A stretch of DNA of 64,000 bases. Source: an uncultured bacterium (GTDB lineage Bacteria; Fermentibacterota; Fermentibacteria; Fermentibacterales; JCC-6). Shown here piece after piece: positions 41,259 to 51,383 of the stretch. The notes below the pieces were generated by a model, which ran no database searches, was not told the DNA's origin, and worked only from the letters and a program-made list of their open reading frames with translations. Both the position numbers and the translations under genes were made by a program. Each line of letters opens with the position of its first letter. Positions within the stretch are counted from its first letter, which is position 1. The stretch lies in the NCBI GenBank assembly GCA_964423505.1, contig CAYREX010000002.1, forward strand, positions 24,188 to 88,187, read 5' to 3'.

Positions 41259-42233
41259 ATGGGCGGCAAGGGCTTCGTCTACGCGAACGGGAGGGTCTCC
41301 GGCGAGGAGACCACCCTGCTGGACCGCAGGATGTGGCAGATGCTGGTCTCCGCCTCCGACGAGGAGGAGGCCATGAGGCTGCTCGGGGACACATGGTACG
41401 GGCAGTTCATGCAGAGCAGGACCCTGGACGCCTGCCTCGAGTGCGCCCTGGCCGCCACGGAGGATGAGCTGATATCCCTCTCGGAGGACGAGCGCCTGGT
41501 CAGGGGCATACTCCGCCGCAGGGACGTCAGGAACGCCAGGTACGTATGGAAGGCGGCCCTCCTCGGCGTTCCGGAGGAGGAGGTGACCACCGAGAGGGAT
41601 GGTCTGCTGGAGGTGGACACTCTCAGGCGGGCCGTCCGTGACGACGAGGCCCGCTCCTCGCTGCCCGACCTCTTCTCGGAGGCCCTCGATGACCTCGAGG
41701 CGATGGACGGCCCGGGGCCAGTGGCCATCGACAGGCGCATGGACCGGCTGGCCGCCGATGTGGAGCTGGCCGAGCTGCCGGCGCTGGGTCCCGAGTTCGC
41801 CCGTTTCGTCAGGGACAGGATGGAGCTGAAGAACTTCCTCACCGCGGGGAGATGCAGGGTCGCCGGCCTGCAGCGGCCCGAGGTGGAGGCGCTCCTCCTC
41901 CCCGGGGGCCACCATACCCCCGAGGAGGTGGGCGAGGCCTACCAGAGGGGCAGTCTCGGGGAGACCCTTGCCGAGACGCCGGGGCTCGAGGAGCTGGCCT
42001 CCGAGCTGGAGGAGTCAATCGCGCACGGCTCCTTCTACGGCTTCGAGAGGGAGAGCGACAGGAAGCAGCTCGAGCGTCTGGAGCAGGGCACCTACCCGGT
42101 GTTCGGCCCCATCCCGCTGGCCTCCTTCGTTGCAAGGAGGGAGATGGAGATCGTCCACCTGCGGCTGCTGCTGGCGGCCAAGTCGGCGGATATAGGGATG
42201 GGCAGGCTGAGGGACCGCCTTCCCAGGGGATAG
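41259..42233 (+). CDS. atpC: V/A-type ATPase subunit C (d-subunit)
   Basis: 324 aa; operon position and family resemblance. Confidence 0.7.
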   Translation: MGGKGFVYANGRVSGEETTLLDRRMWQMLVSASDEEEAMRLLGDTWYGQFMQSRTLDACLECALAATEDELISLSEDERLVRGILRRRDVRNARYVWKAALLGVPEEEVTTERDGLLEVDTLRRAVRDDEARSSLPDLFSEALDDLEAMDGPGPVAIDRRMDRLAADVELAELPALGPEFARFVRDRMELKNFLTAGRCRVAGLQRPEVEALLLPGGHHTPEEVGEAYQRGSLGETLAETPGLEELASELEESIAHGSFYGFERESDRKQLERLEQGTYPVFGPIPLASFVARREMEIVHLRLLLAAKSADIGMGRLRDRLPRG

Positions 42234-42240
42234 GAGGAGC

Positions 42241-42573
42241 ATGGACTCGGGGACCGTGGCTTTCATGGGCGATGCCGACACAGTCCTCGGCTTCCGTGCC
42301 CTGGGCGTCGAGACGTTCGTGCCGGAGAGCCCCGAGATGGCCCGCGAGATATTCGCCGGCCTGGTGAGGCGCGAGGTCGCTGTGGTGATGATAACGAGCG
42401 AGCTGCAAGAGCACCTCCGGGAGGAGGTCGAGGAGGTCCTGCACAGGCCGCTGCCCGCGGTGATCGTCCTTCCGGGGATCAAGGGCGCGGACAGGCATGG
42501 CAGGGACACCATTAGGGAGCTGGTCATCAGGGCCGTCGGGGTCGACCTGATGTCCGAGAGCGACGGAGCCTGA
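42241..42573 (+). CDS. atpF: V/A-type ATPase subunit F
   Basis: 110 aa; ...VAFMGDADTVLGFRALGVETF...VVMITSEL... Confidence 0.75.
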   Translation: MDSGTVAFMGDADTVLGFRALGVETFVPESPEMAREIFAGLVRREVAVVMITSELQEHLREEVEEVLHRPLPAVIVLPGIKGADRHGRDTIRELVIRAVGVDLMSESDGA

Positions 42574-42607
42574 CGGTTAAGACCATGGACACCCTCGGAG
42601 GCAACGG

Positions 42608-44377
42608 ATGATCAAGGGAACGATCGACAAGATAGCTGGTCCGCTCGTGGTCGCGGACGGGATGAGGGAGGCCAGGATGTACGACCTGGTCTACGTCTCC
42701 GACTACGGGCTCATCGGGGAGATAATCGAGCTCAAGGGAGACAAGGCCTCCATCCAGGTCTACGAGGAGACCGGCGGCCTGAAGCCGGGCGACCCGGTCA
42801 CCGCCACCGGCGAGCCGCTGTCGGTCGAGCTGGGCCCGGGGCTGCTCACCGCGATATACGACGGCATCCAGCGCCCGCTCGACGAGGTCCGGGAGGCCGC
42901 GGGCGACTGGATCACGAGGGGGATTACCATCAGGGGGCTGGACCACGAGAAGGTCTGGGATTACGCCCCCGTAGCCTCCGAGGGCGACGAGGTCTCCGGT
43001 GGCGACGTCCTGGGGGAGGTCCCGGAGACCGAGCTAATCACCCACAGGGTGATGGTCCCCCCGGGCATGGCGGGCCGACTCACCTGGGCCATAGAGCCGG
43101 GCAGCTACGACATCGACACCGTGGTGGCGAAGATGGACTCGGGAGACGGCGAGGTTGAGCTGAGGATGTTCCACACCTGGCCGGTCAGGGCTCCCAGGCC
43201 GGTCGCGGTGAAAATGGCCCCCACGGAGCCGCTGGTCACTGGTCAGAGGGTGATAGACGCATTCTTCCCGCTGGGCAAGGGTGGGACCGCCTGCGTCCCC
43301 GGACCGTTCGGGAGCGGCAAGACGGTCATACAGCACCAGCTCGCCAAGTGGGCCGACGCGGAGATAGTCGTCTACGTCGGCTGCGGGGAGAGGGGCAACG
43401 AGATGACCGACGTCCTCCAGGAGTTCCCCGAGCTGGAGGACCCGAAGAGCGGCAAGCCGCTCATTCTCAGGACCGTCCTGGTCGCCAACACCAGCAACAT
43501 GCCCGTCGCCGCCCGCGAGGCCAGCGTCTACACCGGGATAACCATCGCCGAGTACTTCAGGGACATGGGCTACTCCATAGCCCTGATGGCCGACTCCACC
43601 AGCAGGTGGGCCGAGGCGATGAGGGAGATGTCCGGGCGCCTGGAGGAGATGCCCGGCGAGGAGGGCTACCCGGCCTACCTGGGGACCAGGATAGCCGAGT
43701 TCTACGAGAGGGCCGGCAAGATAAGGTGCCTGGGAGGAGAGGAGAGGTTCGGGGCCCTGACGGTTGTCGGGGCGGTCAGCCCCGCCGGAGGCGACCTCTC
43801 CGACCCGGTGGTGCAGGCCACCCTGCGTGTGGTCAAGGTCTTCTGGAGCCTTCAGGCCAAGCTCGCCTACATGAGGCACTTCCCCGCCATCGGGTGGCTG
43901 GAGAGCTACTCCCTCTACACCGATAACCTCAGGGAGTACTACGACGAGGAGCTCGGCACCGAGTGGGTGACGATGATGAGGGAGGCGATAGCCCTCCTCC
44001 AGAAGGAGGCCAACCTCCAGGAGATAGCGAGGCTGGTCGGCGCCGAGTCGCTCTCGCCGGAGGACCAGCTGGTGCTCTACACCTCAAGGTCGCTCAGGGA
44101 GGACTTCCTGCACCAGAACGCCTTCCACGAGGTCGACACGTACGCCTCCATAGAGAAGCAGAAGAAGATGATGGAGGTCATCATGGCCACCCACGGGGCC
44201 ATGGTTGACGCCCTCAGGAAGGGTGCACCGACCAGGGAGCTCTTCGACCTTCCCGCAAGGGAGCGCATCGCCAGGATGAAGTTCATCCCCGAGTCGGAGA
44301 TGGAACGGATTGACGAGGTCAGGGAGACCATGGGCAGCCAGATAGAAGAGCTGGTCGAGCGCCAGCAGAGCGCCTAG
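42608..44377 (+). CDS. atpA: V/A-type ATPase catalytic subunit A
   Basis: Walker [10 protein letters not shown]; the non-homologous insert region typical of A subunits. Confidence 0.95.
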   Translation: MIKGTIDKIAGPLVVADGMREARMYDLVYVSDYGLIGEIIELKGDKASIQVYEETGGLKPGDPVTATGEPLSVELGPGLLTAIYDGIQRPLDEVREAAGDWITRGITIRGLDHEKVWDYAPVASEGDEVSGGDVLGEVPETELITHRVMVPPGMAGRLTWAIEPGSYDIDTVVAKMDSGDGEVELRMFHTWPVRAPRPVAVKMAPTEPLVTGQRVIDAFFPLGKGGTACVPGPFGSGKTVIQHQLAKWADAEIVVYVGCGERGNEMTDVLQEFPELEDPKSGKPLILRTVLVANTSNMPVAAREASVYTGITIAEYFRDMGYSIALMADSTSRWAEAMREMSGRLEEMPGEEGYPAYLGTRIAEFYERAGKIRCLGGEERFGALTVVGAVSPAGGDLSDPVVQATLRVVKVFWSLQAKLAYMRHFPAIGWLESYSLYTDNLREYYDEELGTEWVTMMREAIALLQKEANLQEIARLVGAESLSPEDQLVLYTSRSLREDFLHQNAFHEVDTYASIEKQKKMMEVIMATHGAMVDALRKGAPTRELFDLPARERIARMKFIPESEMERIDEVRETMGSQIEELVERQQSA

Positions 44378-44391
44378 GGGGTGACGGACGC

Positions 44392-45845
<1,454 letters not shown>

Positions 45846-45846
<1 letters not shown>

Positions 45847-46472
45847 TGGCCATCCAGGTCCGGGCAACCCGGATGGAGCTGCTGCAGTACCGCAAGAAGG
45901 TGAAGCTCGCCAGCAGGGGGCACAAGCTGCTCAAGGACAAGCTGGACGAGCTGATGCGGCAGTTCAAGATACTGCTCGCCGAGTACGAGGGGGCAAGGAG
46001 AGAGCTGGAGAACGAGCTCTCCCAGGCCTACGGCGAGTTCCTCTTCGCCAGGGCCGCCATGACCCCGCAGGGGCTGGACGATGCGCTCAGGTACCCGGGG
46101 GCCGAGGCCAGGGTGCAGACCACCACCCGCCGGGTCATGAACCTGACGCTGCCGGAGTTCGAGGTCACGCTGGAGGGAGACGTCAGGAACTACGGGATGT
46201 TCGACACACCGGCGGAGCTGGACGAGGCGCTGGAGGTATATCGGGAGGTCCTGCCCCACATCATAAGGCTGGCGCAGCAGGAGAAGGCCATAAGCCTGCT
46301 GGCCAAGGAGATAGATACTACAAGGAGGAGGGTGAACGCCCTGGAGTACAAGCTCATCCCCGAGCTCGAGGAGGCCATCGCCAGCATCCGTTTGAAGCTG
46401 GACGAGATGGACAGGGGCAACCTCACCCGCCTGATGAAGGTCAAGGAGATGGTCGACGCCAAACGGACCTAA
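45846..46472 (+). CDS. atpD: V/A-type ATPase subunit D (central stalk)
   Basis: MAIQVRATRMELLQYRKKVKLASRGHKLLKDKLDELMRQF... Confidence 0.85.
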
Positions 46473-47606
46473 GCCGGGCGTTCCTTATTTGATTTGGTAA
46501 GCTATCTTTGTCCCCTACAAGCATGATAAATGAATTTGTTGCATCCAGTGGGTTTCCTGGATACACTCGAAGTATGCCGTATGTGATGAGGTTGGATCAT
46601 CCGGGTAGCCTACACCACGTCATGTCGCATTGCGTGGAGGGATGCTGGGCCTTCTCCGGAGACAGGGCTCGGGAGGATTTCGTCCGGCGACTCACGGGAC
46701 TAGTCACTGAATCTCAACTCGCCTTGCATGCCTGGTGCCTGATGGGAAACCACCTGCATCTCCTCGTGGAGGCTGGCGAGAATGGCATTACCCGACCCAT
46801 GCATCGGTTGCTCTGCGGATTCGCCAAGGCCTACAACAAGAGAGAGGACAGACGCGGCCATGTCTTCGATGCACGCTTCAAATCCATTCTTGTGGAGGGA
46901 TGCCTCTATTATCTCGGTCTCATAGCCTATATCCACCTGAATCCCATCAGAGCCGGGGTCCTGGCAGGCTTGGATGAGCTTGTGGAATACCCCTGGACAG
47001 GACACTCCGAGATTATGGGCGAAGTCGAACGCGGCATTCTGACCTTCGGGAGATTGACAGAGGAGTTGAACACGGACATCGGGACTCTCCGGGCCAGCTA
47101 TAAGTGCTTGCTCGAAAATAGGCTACACAATGATGCCCCGGAGTTCGAGAGCGGTACGTATTGCATTGGTCCTGCAGGTCTGATGGAGTACGCAACCGGG
47201 GTCATGAGCTCCAGGGCTTCCCCGATACTGGGAAGCAGGAGCTTCGCGCTGAAAATGTACTCCCGCTACAGAGGAACCGCCAGGAGAACGCTGAGGTGCA
47301 GGGAGTCACAGCACCGGACCCTGGAGGATTTGCTGTCCTCGTTCTCCACAGAATCCGGGATACCCGTCAGTACTCTGAGAAGTGGGGCGCGGGATCGCAG
47401 GCTTGTGCGAGTCAGGCGGAAGCTGACCACCAGAATGTCAGAGCTTGGCATGTCGCAATCCGATATAGCATCCTTCCTCGGGATATCAGCATCCACGGTT
47501 CACAGAATCCTCAGAGGTCGCGACTCATGCTGCAGGCCGTCTGAGTTCGAATAAAGGCCCAAGCGTTCCCAAATAGCCTTACCAAATCAAGTAAGGAAAG
47601 CCCGGC
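46473..47606 (+). mobile_element. IS-like unit: HUH Y1 (IS200/RAYT-family) transposase gene bracketed by ~34-bp imperfect inverted repeats
   Basis: Left GCCGGGCGTTCCTTATTTGATTTGGTAAGCTAT (46473-46505). Right ATAGCCTTACCAAATCAAGTAAGGAAAGCCCGGC (47573-47606) is its reverse complement with ~30/34 identity. The unit exactly fills the gap between the atpD stop and the elbB-like stop. Confidence 0.6.
46523..47554 (+). CDS. tnpA: IS200-like / REP-associated tyrosine (Y1 HUH) transposase with C-terminal DnaA-domain-IV-like HTH
   Basis: RLDHPGSLHHVMSHCVEG, HUH motif HLHLLVE, catalytic Tyr region YIHLNPIRAG. C-terminal SQSDIASFLGISASTVHRIL. Start uncertain (ATG 46523 or ATG 46574). Confidence 0.7.
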   Translation: MINEFVASSGFPGYTRSMPYVMRLDHPGSLHHVMSHCVEGCWAFSGDRAREDFVRRLTGLVTESQLALHAWCLMGNHLHLLVEAGENGITRPMHRLLCGFAKAYNKREDRRGHVFDARFKSILVEGCLYYLGLIAYIHLNPIRAGVLAGLDELVEYPWTGHSEIMGEVERGILTFGRLTEELNTDIGTLRASYKCLLENRLHNDAPEFESGTYCIGPAGLMEYATGVMSSRASPILGSRSFALKMYSRYRGTARRTLRCRESQHRTLEDLLSSFSTESGIPVSTLRSGARDRRLVRVRRKLTTRMSELGMSQSDIASFLGISASTVHRILRGRDSCCRPSEFE

Positions 47607-47607
47607 G

Positions 47608-48258
47608 TCAGAGGAGGTCGGTGAGTTCCTCGACCATGCGGACGGCGCCGGCGTAGACCTCGGCCGGGCCCTTCGCGAGCATGTAGGCCGGGGTGGTGAC
47701 CAGCCTGTTCCGGCGGTCGACCACCGCATCGTCCACGTCGCACTCCACGTGGCTGGCGCCCATGGCCTCTATCGCACCCGCCGTGTCCGGGTCGCTCCCT
47801 ATGGTGACACGCGCGCCGGGGACGGTCTTCGCCAGTATCACCGGGGCGATGCACATCGCCGCAACGGGAACGCCGCCTTCCACCGCCTCTCCTATGAGAC
47901 GCTCCACATCGGGGTCCACCTCGCACGCCGGCCCGTCGGTGGCGAAGGTGGAGAGGTTGAGCGCGGCGCCGAAGCCTCCCGGGAGCACAACCGCGTCGAA
48001 GTCGCCGGCATGTACCTCCGAGAGAGGCGTTATCTCCCCCCGGGCTATCCTGGCGGACTCCGCGAGCACGCTCCTTGCCCCCCCGGCCTCCTCGCCGGTC
48101 AGGTGATCGACGGTCACGGCCTGCTCCCTGTCCGGGGCCGCGAAGGTCACGTCGAATCCAGCCCTGTCCAGGGCTATGAGCGCCGCGACCGACTCATGTA
48201 TCTCCGAGCCGTCCCTGACGCCGCATCCTCCGAGTACGAAGACCACATTCCTTCCCAT
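47608..48258 (-). CDS. elbB: DJ-1/PfpI-superfamily protein, ElbB-like (class I glutamine amidotransferase-like fold)
   Basis: MGRNVVFVLGGCGVRDGSEIHE...AMCIAPVILAK... Confidence 0.65.
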   Translation of the reverse strand: MGRNVVFVLGGCGVRDGSEIHESVAALIALDRAGFDVTFAAPDREQAVTVDHLTGEEAGGARSVLAESARIARGEITPLSEVHAGDFDAVVLPGGFGAALNLSTFATDGPACEVDPDVERLIGEAVEGGVPVAAMCIAPVILAKTVPGARVTIGSDPDTAGAIEAMGASHVECDVDDAVVDRRNRLVTTPAYMLAKGPAEVYAGAVRMVEELTDLL

Positions 48259-48446
48259 TACGACACCTCTCAGGAAGAGATAGCACCTCAGTCGAAACCC
48301 GACCCTTGAGACAGGTCATCCAGACAGCGCCCGAAGGCGCCCACAACGCATACAAAGTCGGGCCCCGGTGGTCCAGAGCCCGCACTTCCCCGGACGGTGT
48401 ACCGGGATTATCTTCCTGCAGTCCGACCGAGAGGGGGAAAGCCTTG

Positions 48447-49109
48447 GTGCTGCGATGCGCCGCCGTCATCCTGCTGCTCTCCAGCTCGTGCTACTACGGC
48501 GCGATGCACGGTGCGCATACCCTGGGGGACGACCACATCACGCTCACCGCGGGGGCGACGCTGCCCGCCTACTTCTCCGCCGACGACCGGGAGGAGGCGG
48601 AGAGCACCAGGGAGGACTACCTCACCACCTACCCGAGCATAGACTTCACGGTGGGCGCCACCGACCAGATCGACCTGGGCGGGTCCATCTTCGCCTACGG
48701 CGTCGGCCCCTTCGTACGGTACGGGCTCCTCCCCTCCACCGACCGCGACGCCCTCTCGGCGACGCTCACCATGAACTACGTGGCTCCCATGCAGGTCATC
48801 ATGCCCCGGCTCTCCCTCTGCGCCGGGAGGATATTCGGCGACGACCTGGAGGTCTTCGCCGGCAGCGACATGGGCTACGGGCCCGACCTGGCCAACATCC
48901 CGGACACGGAGACAGGCAGCCACGACTGGGACAGCGTCGAGAACACCTTCTTCGCGGCGCTCCGGGCCGGCTGCCACTTCACCATAAGATCGCCCGGCGG
49001 GCCGAACGAGGAGAAGACCTATCTGCCTGAGTCCGTGATATTCCAGTTCTCCGTGCCGCTGGGCCTCGACAGGAGCATGATCCTCGCCGGGTTCGGCGTG
49101 AGCTACTGA
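48447..49109 (+). CDS. putative lipoprotein / secreted hypothetical protein
   Basis: GAGGGGGAAA RBS, then GTG 48447 (or TTG 48444). Signal-like LRCAAVILLLSSSC. A competing overlapping ORF (48368) was judged less likely. Confidence 0.4.
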   Translation: MLRCAAVILLLSSSCYYGAMHGAHTLGDDHITLTAGATLPAYFSADDREEAESTREDYLTTYPSIDFTVGATDQIDLGGSIFAYGVGPFVRYGLLPSTDRDALSATLTMNYVAPMQVIMPRLSLCAGRIFGDDLEVFAGSDMGYGPDLANIPDTETGSHDWDSVENTFFAALRAGCHFTIRSPGGPNEEKTYLPESVIFQFSVPLGLDRSMILAGFGVSY

Positions 49110-49116
49110 CTGGGGC

Positions 49117-49941
49117 GTGCCGGCCGAAGTGAGCTCACCGATCTTCGACATGCACGTACACACCGTCGACTCCCCGGACGCGTCTATCCCGGCCGCGGAG
49201 CTGGTAGGCCTCGCCGTCGAGCGTGGTCTCGCCGGACTCGGGTTCGTGGCTCACGTTGACCTGGACCCGGATGACTACTGCTACGGGTGCTTCGACCCCG
49301 CGGGGTACGACCGCTCGCTCTCGAGGGCTGCCGAAGAAGCGCCTGACGGTTTCGCGGTCATGAAGGGCGTGGAGGTGGGAGAGCCCCACCTGCACGGCCG
49401 TGCGGCCTCGGAGCTGGTGGACTACGACAGCTGCGACTTCGTGGTCGGGGCGATGCACTGGACCAGGGGCGTCGGCCTCATCCTCGACGAGGGAGCCTTC
49501 CCCGGGTCAGATCCGCTCGAGGTGGTGGAGGCCTACCTGGCGGAGACCCTCGAGATGGTCCGGGAGGCGGACATGGACGTGCTCGCCCACCTGGGGATGT
49601 TCAGGAGGGGCATGGCAATGGCCGGACACCGGACCGACCTGGACGAGGTCGTCCTCTGGCCCCGCCTGTGCAGGCGCATAATGGAGACGCTCGTGGAGAG
49701 GGGCATCGCACTTGAGGTGAACACCGCCGGGCTCAGGAGGGCAGAGGCGGTGACCTATCCCACTCCCCGGATGCTGGTGCTCTACCGCGAGACGGGCGGC
49801 GAGCTGGTCACTCTCGCCTCCGACACCCACTCGAGGAAGAACCTCTTCTACGGCCTCGGAGAGGGGCTCGCAGTGGTGCGACGGGCCGGGCTCCCCGCCC
49901 CGTGCGCCTTCTCCGGCCGTCGGCCGGTCCTCCCGGGGTGA
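49117..49941 (+). CDS. PHP-family histidinol-phosphatase-like phosphoesterase (HisJ/HisK type)
   Basis: IFDMHVHTVDSPDA (PHP motif I), further His/Asp metal ligands, GLAGLGFVAHVD. Confidence 0.65.
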   Translation: MPAEVSSPIFDMHVHTVDSPDASIPAAELVGLAVERGLAGLGFVAHVDLDPDDYCYGCFDPAGYDRSLSRAAEEAPDGFAVMKGVEVGEPHLHGRAASELVDYDSCDFVVGAMHWTRGVGLILDEGAFPGSDPLEVVEAYLAETLEMVREADMDVLAHLGMFRRGMAMAGHRTDLDEVVLWPRLCRRIMETLVERGIALEVNTAGLRRAEAVTYPTPRMLVLYRETGGELVTLASDTHSRKNLFYGLGEGLAVVRRAGLPAPCAFSGRRPVLPG

Positions 49942-49989
49942 TACCCCTTTACATCTACCCCTTGGTCCCCGATAATGTAATCAGGCGGT

Positions 49990-50085
49990 AGAGCACCGTC
50001 GGGCAAACCGGGGGAGACCCCGGGACGCAAAGCCACGGGTCCCAGCCACCGCATGGGGACGGTGGAAGGACGGCCGGGTTGCCGT
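49990..50085 (+). promoter_or_regulatory. c-di-GMP-I (GEMM) riboswitch, copy 1
   Basis: GGGCAAACC-GGGG-GAGA-CCCC-GGGACGCAAAGCCACGGGUCC...GGACGGCCGGGUUGCCG. This matches the GEMM core (GCAAACC, GNRA loop, GGGACGCAAAGCC, 3' AGCNGGGUUNCCG element). Confidence 0.7.
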
Positions 50086-50168
50086 TTGCAGAGGCAAACC
50101 GGGGGAAACCCCGGGACGCAAAGCCACGGGTCCCAGTCCGGGAGACCGGAAAGGACAGCCGGGCCGCC
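50086..50168 (+). promoter_or_regulatory. c-di-GMP-I (GEMM) riboswitch, copy 2 (tandem)
   Basis: GAGGCAAACC-GGGG-GAAA-CCCC-GGGACGCAAAGCCACGGGUCC...GGACAGCCGGGCCGCC. 43-nt core identical to copy 1 apart from the tetraloop. An 8-bp hairpin CCGCCCCG-GGAA-CGGGGCGG follows, immediately 5' of the GAGGAGG RBS. Confidence 0.65.
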
Positions 50169-50211
50169 AGACGACCGCCCCGGGAACGGGGCGGTTGAGG
50201 AGGTGCTCGAG

Positions 50212-50487
50212 ATGAAGTGGATACCACTACTTATGGTAACGCTTCTTCCGTCGGTGCTGTTTGCTGGTGTAGTCGTGACCTCCGCTCCAGCCACCCCCGA
50301 GAATCTCGTGGTCGTGGCGAGGGCATCCATGGAGGAAGGCGACTACGTGACCGCATGGGCTCTCTACGAATGCGCCCTCAGGAGGGATCCCCACTCTCCC
50401 GAGGCACTCGCAGGCAGACTCGCCGCGAGGGCCGAGCTGGAGGAGCGCGGAGAAGAGGACCTGATAGCGGCATTGTACCGGCAGTAG
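50212..50487 (+). CDS. small secreted protein (91 aa; signal peptide + single TPR-like helix pair), hypothetical
   Basis: GAGGAGG RBS then ATG 50212. MKWIPLLMVTLLPSVLFAGVVVTSAPA signal. First ORF downstream of the tandem riboswitches. Confidence 0.5.
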   Translation: MKWIPLLMVTLLPSVLFAGVVVTSAPATPENLVVVARASMEEGDYVTAWALYECALRRDPHSPEALAGRLAARAELEERGEEDLIAALYRQ

Positions 50488-50591
50488 CACCGTACAGAGC
50501 GAGGGGCGGGCCGAGAGGCCCGTCCCGCCAGTTCCAGAGGCCCCGCGGTACCCCGAGAGAAGATGCCCCACAGGAGAAAGGAAGAACCCGT

Positions 50592-51308
50592 ATGTGCGAG
50601 TTCGACGATGAGCTCTACGAGTGCGAATGCGACGATTACAGGCTGCCCCTCATAGGCGAGAAGGCCCCGGAGTTCGAGGCCGAGACGACCCAGGGCCCCA
50701 TCAGCTTCCCCGAGGACTACAGCGGCAAGTGGGTGGTCTTCTTCTCCCATCCCGCCGACTTCACTCCGGTCTGCACCACGGAGTTCATGACCTTCGCCTC
50801 GATGCAGGACGAATTCTCCCGGCTCGACTGCGAGCTCCTCGGCCTCTCGATCGACAGCAACTTCAGCCACATCGCGTGGGTGAGGACCATACGTGAGAAG
50901 ATAGAGTTCGGCGGCATGAAGAACGTCGACGTCCGCTTCCCCATTATCAGCGACCTCTCCATGGAGGTCGCCATGAAGTACGGCATGCTCCATCCGGACG
51001 CCAGCGACACGCAGGCGGTCAGGGCGGTCTTCATAATAGACCCCGACTCGGTAGTCAGGGCCATCCTCTACTACCCGCTCAGCAACGGCCGGAACATGAA
51101 GGAGATCAAGAGGCTCCTGCTCGCCCTGCAGCACACGGACGAGCACGGCGTCGCAACTCCCGCCAACTGGCATCCGGGCGACGACGTCATCATCCCCCCG
51201 CCGGGAACCTGCGCCGCCGCCGACGAGCGCGTCGAAGGCGCCGGCGACGAGTACCGCTGCCAGGACTGGTTCCTCTGCCTGAAGAAGTGCACCCACGGAG
51301 AGTGCTGA
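50592..51308 (+). CDS. 1-Cys/Prx6-type peroxiredoxin with Cys-rich N- and C-terminal extensions
   Basis: FSHPADFTPVCTTEF peroxidatic motif. N-terminal extension MCEFDDELYECECDD. C-terminal YRCQDWFLCLKKCTHGEC. GGAGAAAGG RBS. Confidence 0.85.
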   Translation: MCEFDDELYECECDDYRLPLIGEKAPEFEAETTQGPISFPEDYSGKWVVFFSHPADFTPVCTTEFMTFASMQDEFSRLDCELLGLSIDSNFSHIAWVRTIREKIEFGGMKNVDVRFPIISDLSMEVAMKYGMLHPDASDTQAVRAVFIIDPDSVVRAILYYPLSNGRNMKEIKRLLLALQHTDEHGVATPANWHPGDDVIIPPPGTCAAADERVEGAGDEYRCQDWFLCLKKCTHGEC

Positions 51309-51333
51309 CCGGCCGGGACCATAGCCGAAGGCA

Positions 51334-51362
51334 GGGGGGCGGGGCCGAACGGCCCCGCCCCC
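51334..51362. terminator. bidirectional hairpin between convergent prx and serS
   Basis: GGGGCGGGGCC-GAAC-GGCCCCGCCCC perfect 11-bp stem. A second hairpin CCGCCCCG-CCTCA-CGGGGCGG overlaps the serS stop. Confidence 0.45.
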
Positions 51363-51383
51363 GACGCCTCAGTCCGCCCCGCC

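Noticed and set aside
48368-49030. Alternative 220-aa ORF overlapping the putative lipoprotein gene in another frame.
   Set aside because: It has Arg-rich, low-complexity composition and no signal peptide. The 48447 frame has an RBS and a signal-like N-terminus. Neither frame is strongly supported, so the lipoprotein call is kept at low confidence.
49941-49990. Possible sigma70 promoter (TTGGTC ... GATAAT) ahead of the riboswitches.
   Set aside because: The spacer is only ~3-4 nt and not promoter-like. The real promoter is likely nearby, but I cannot place the hexamers reliably.
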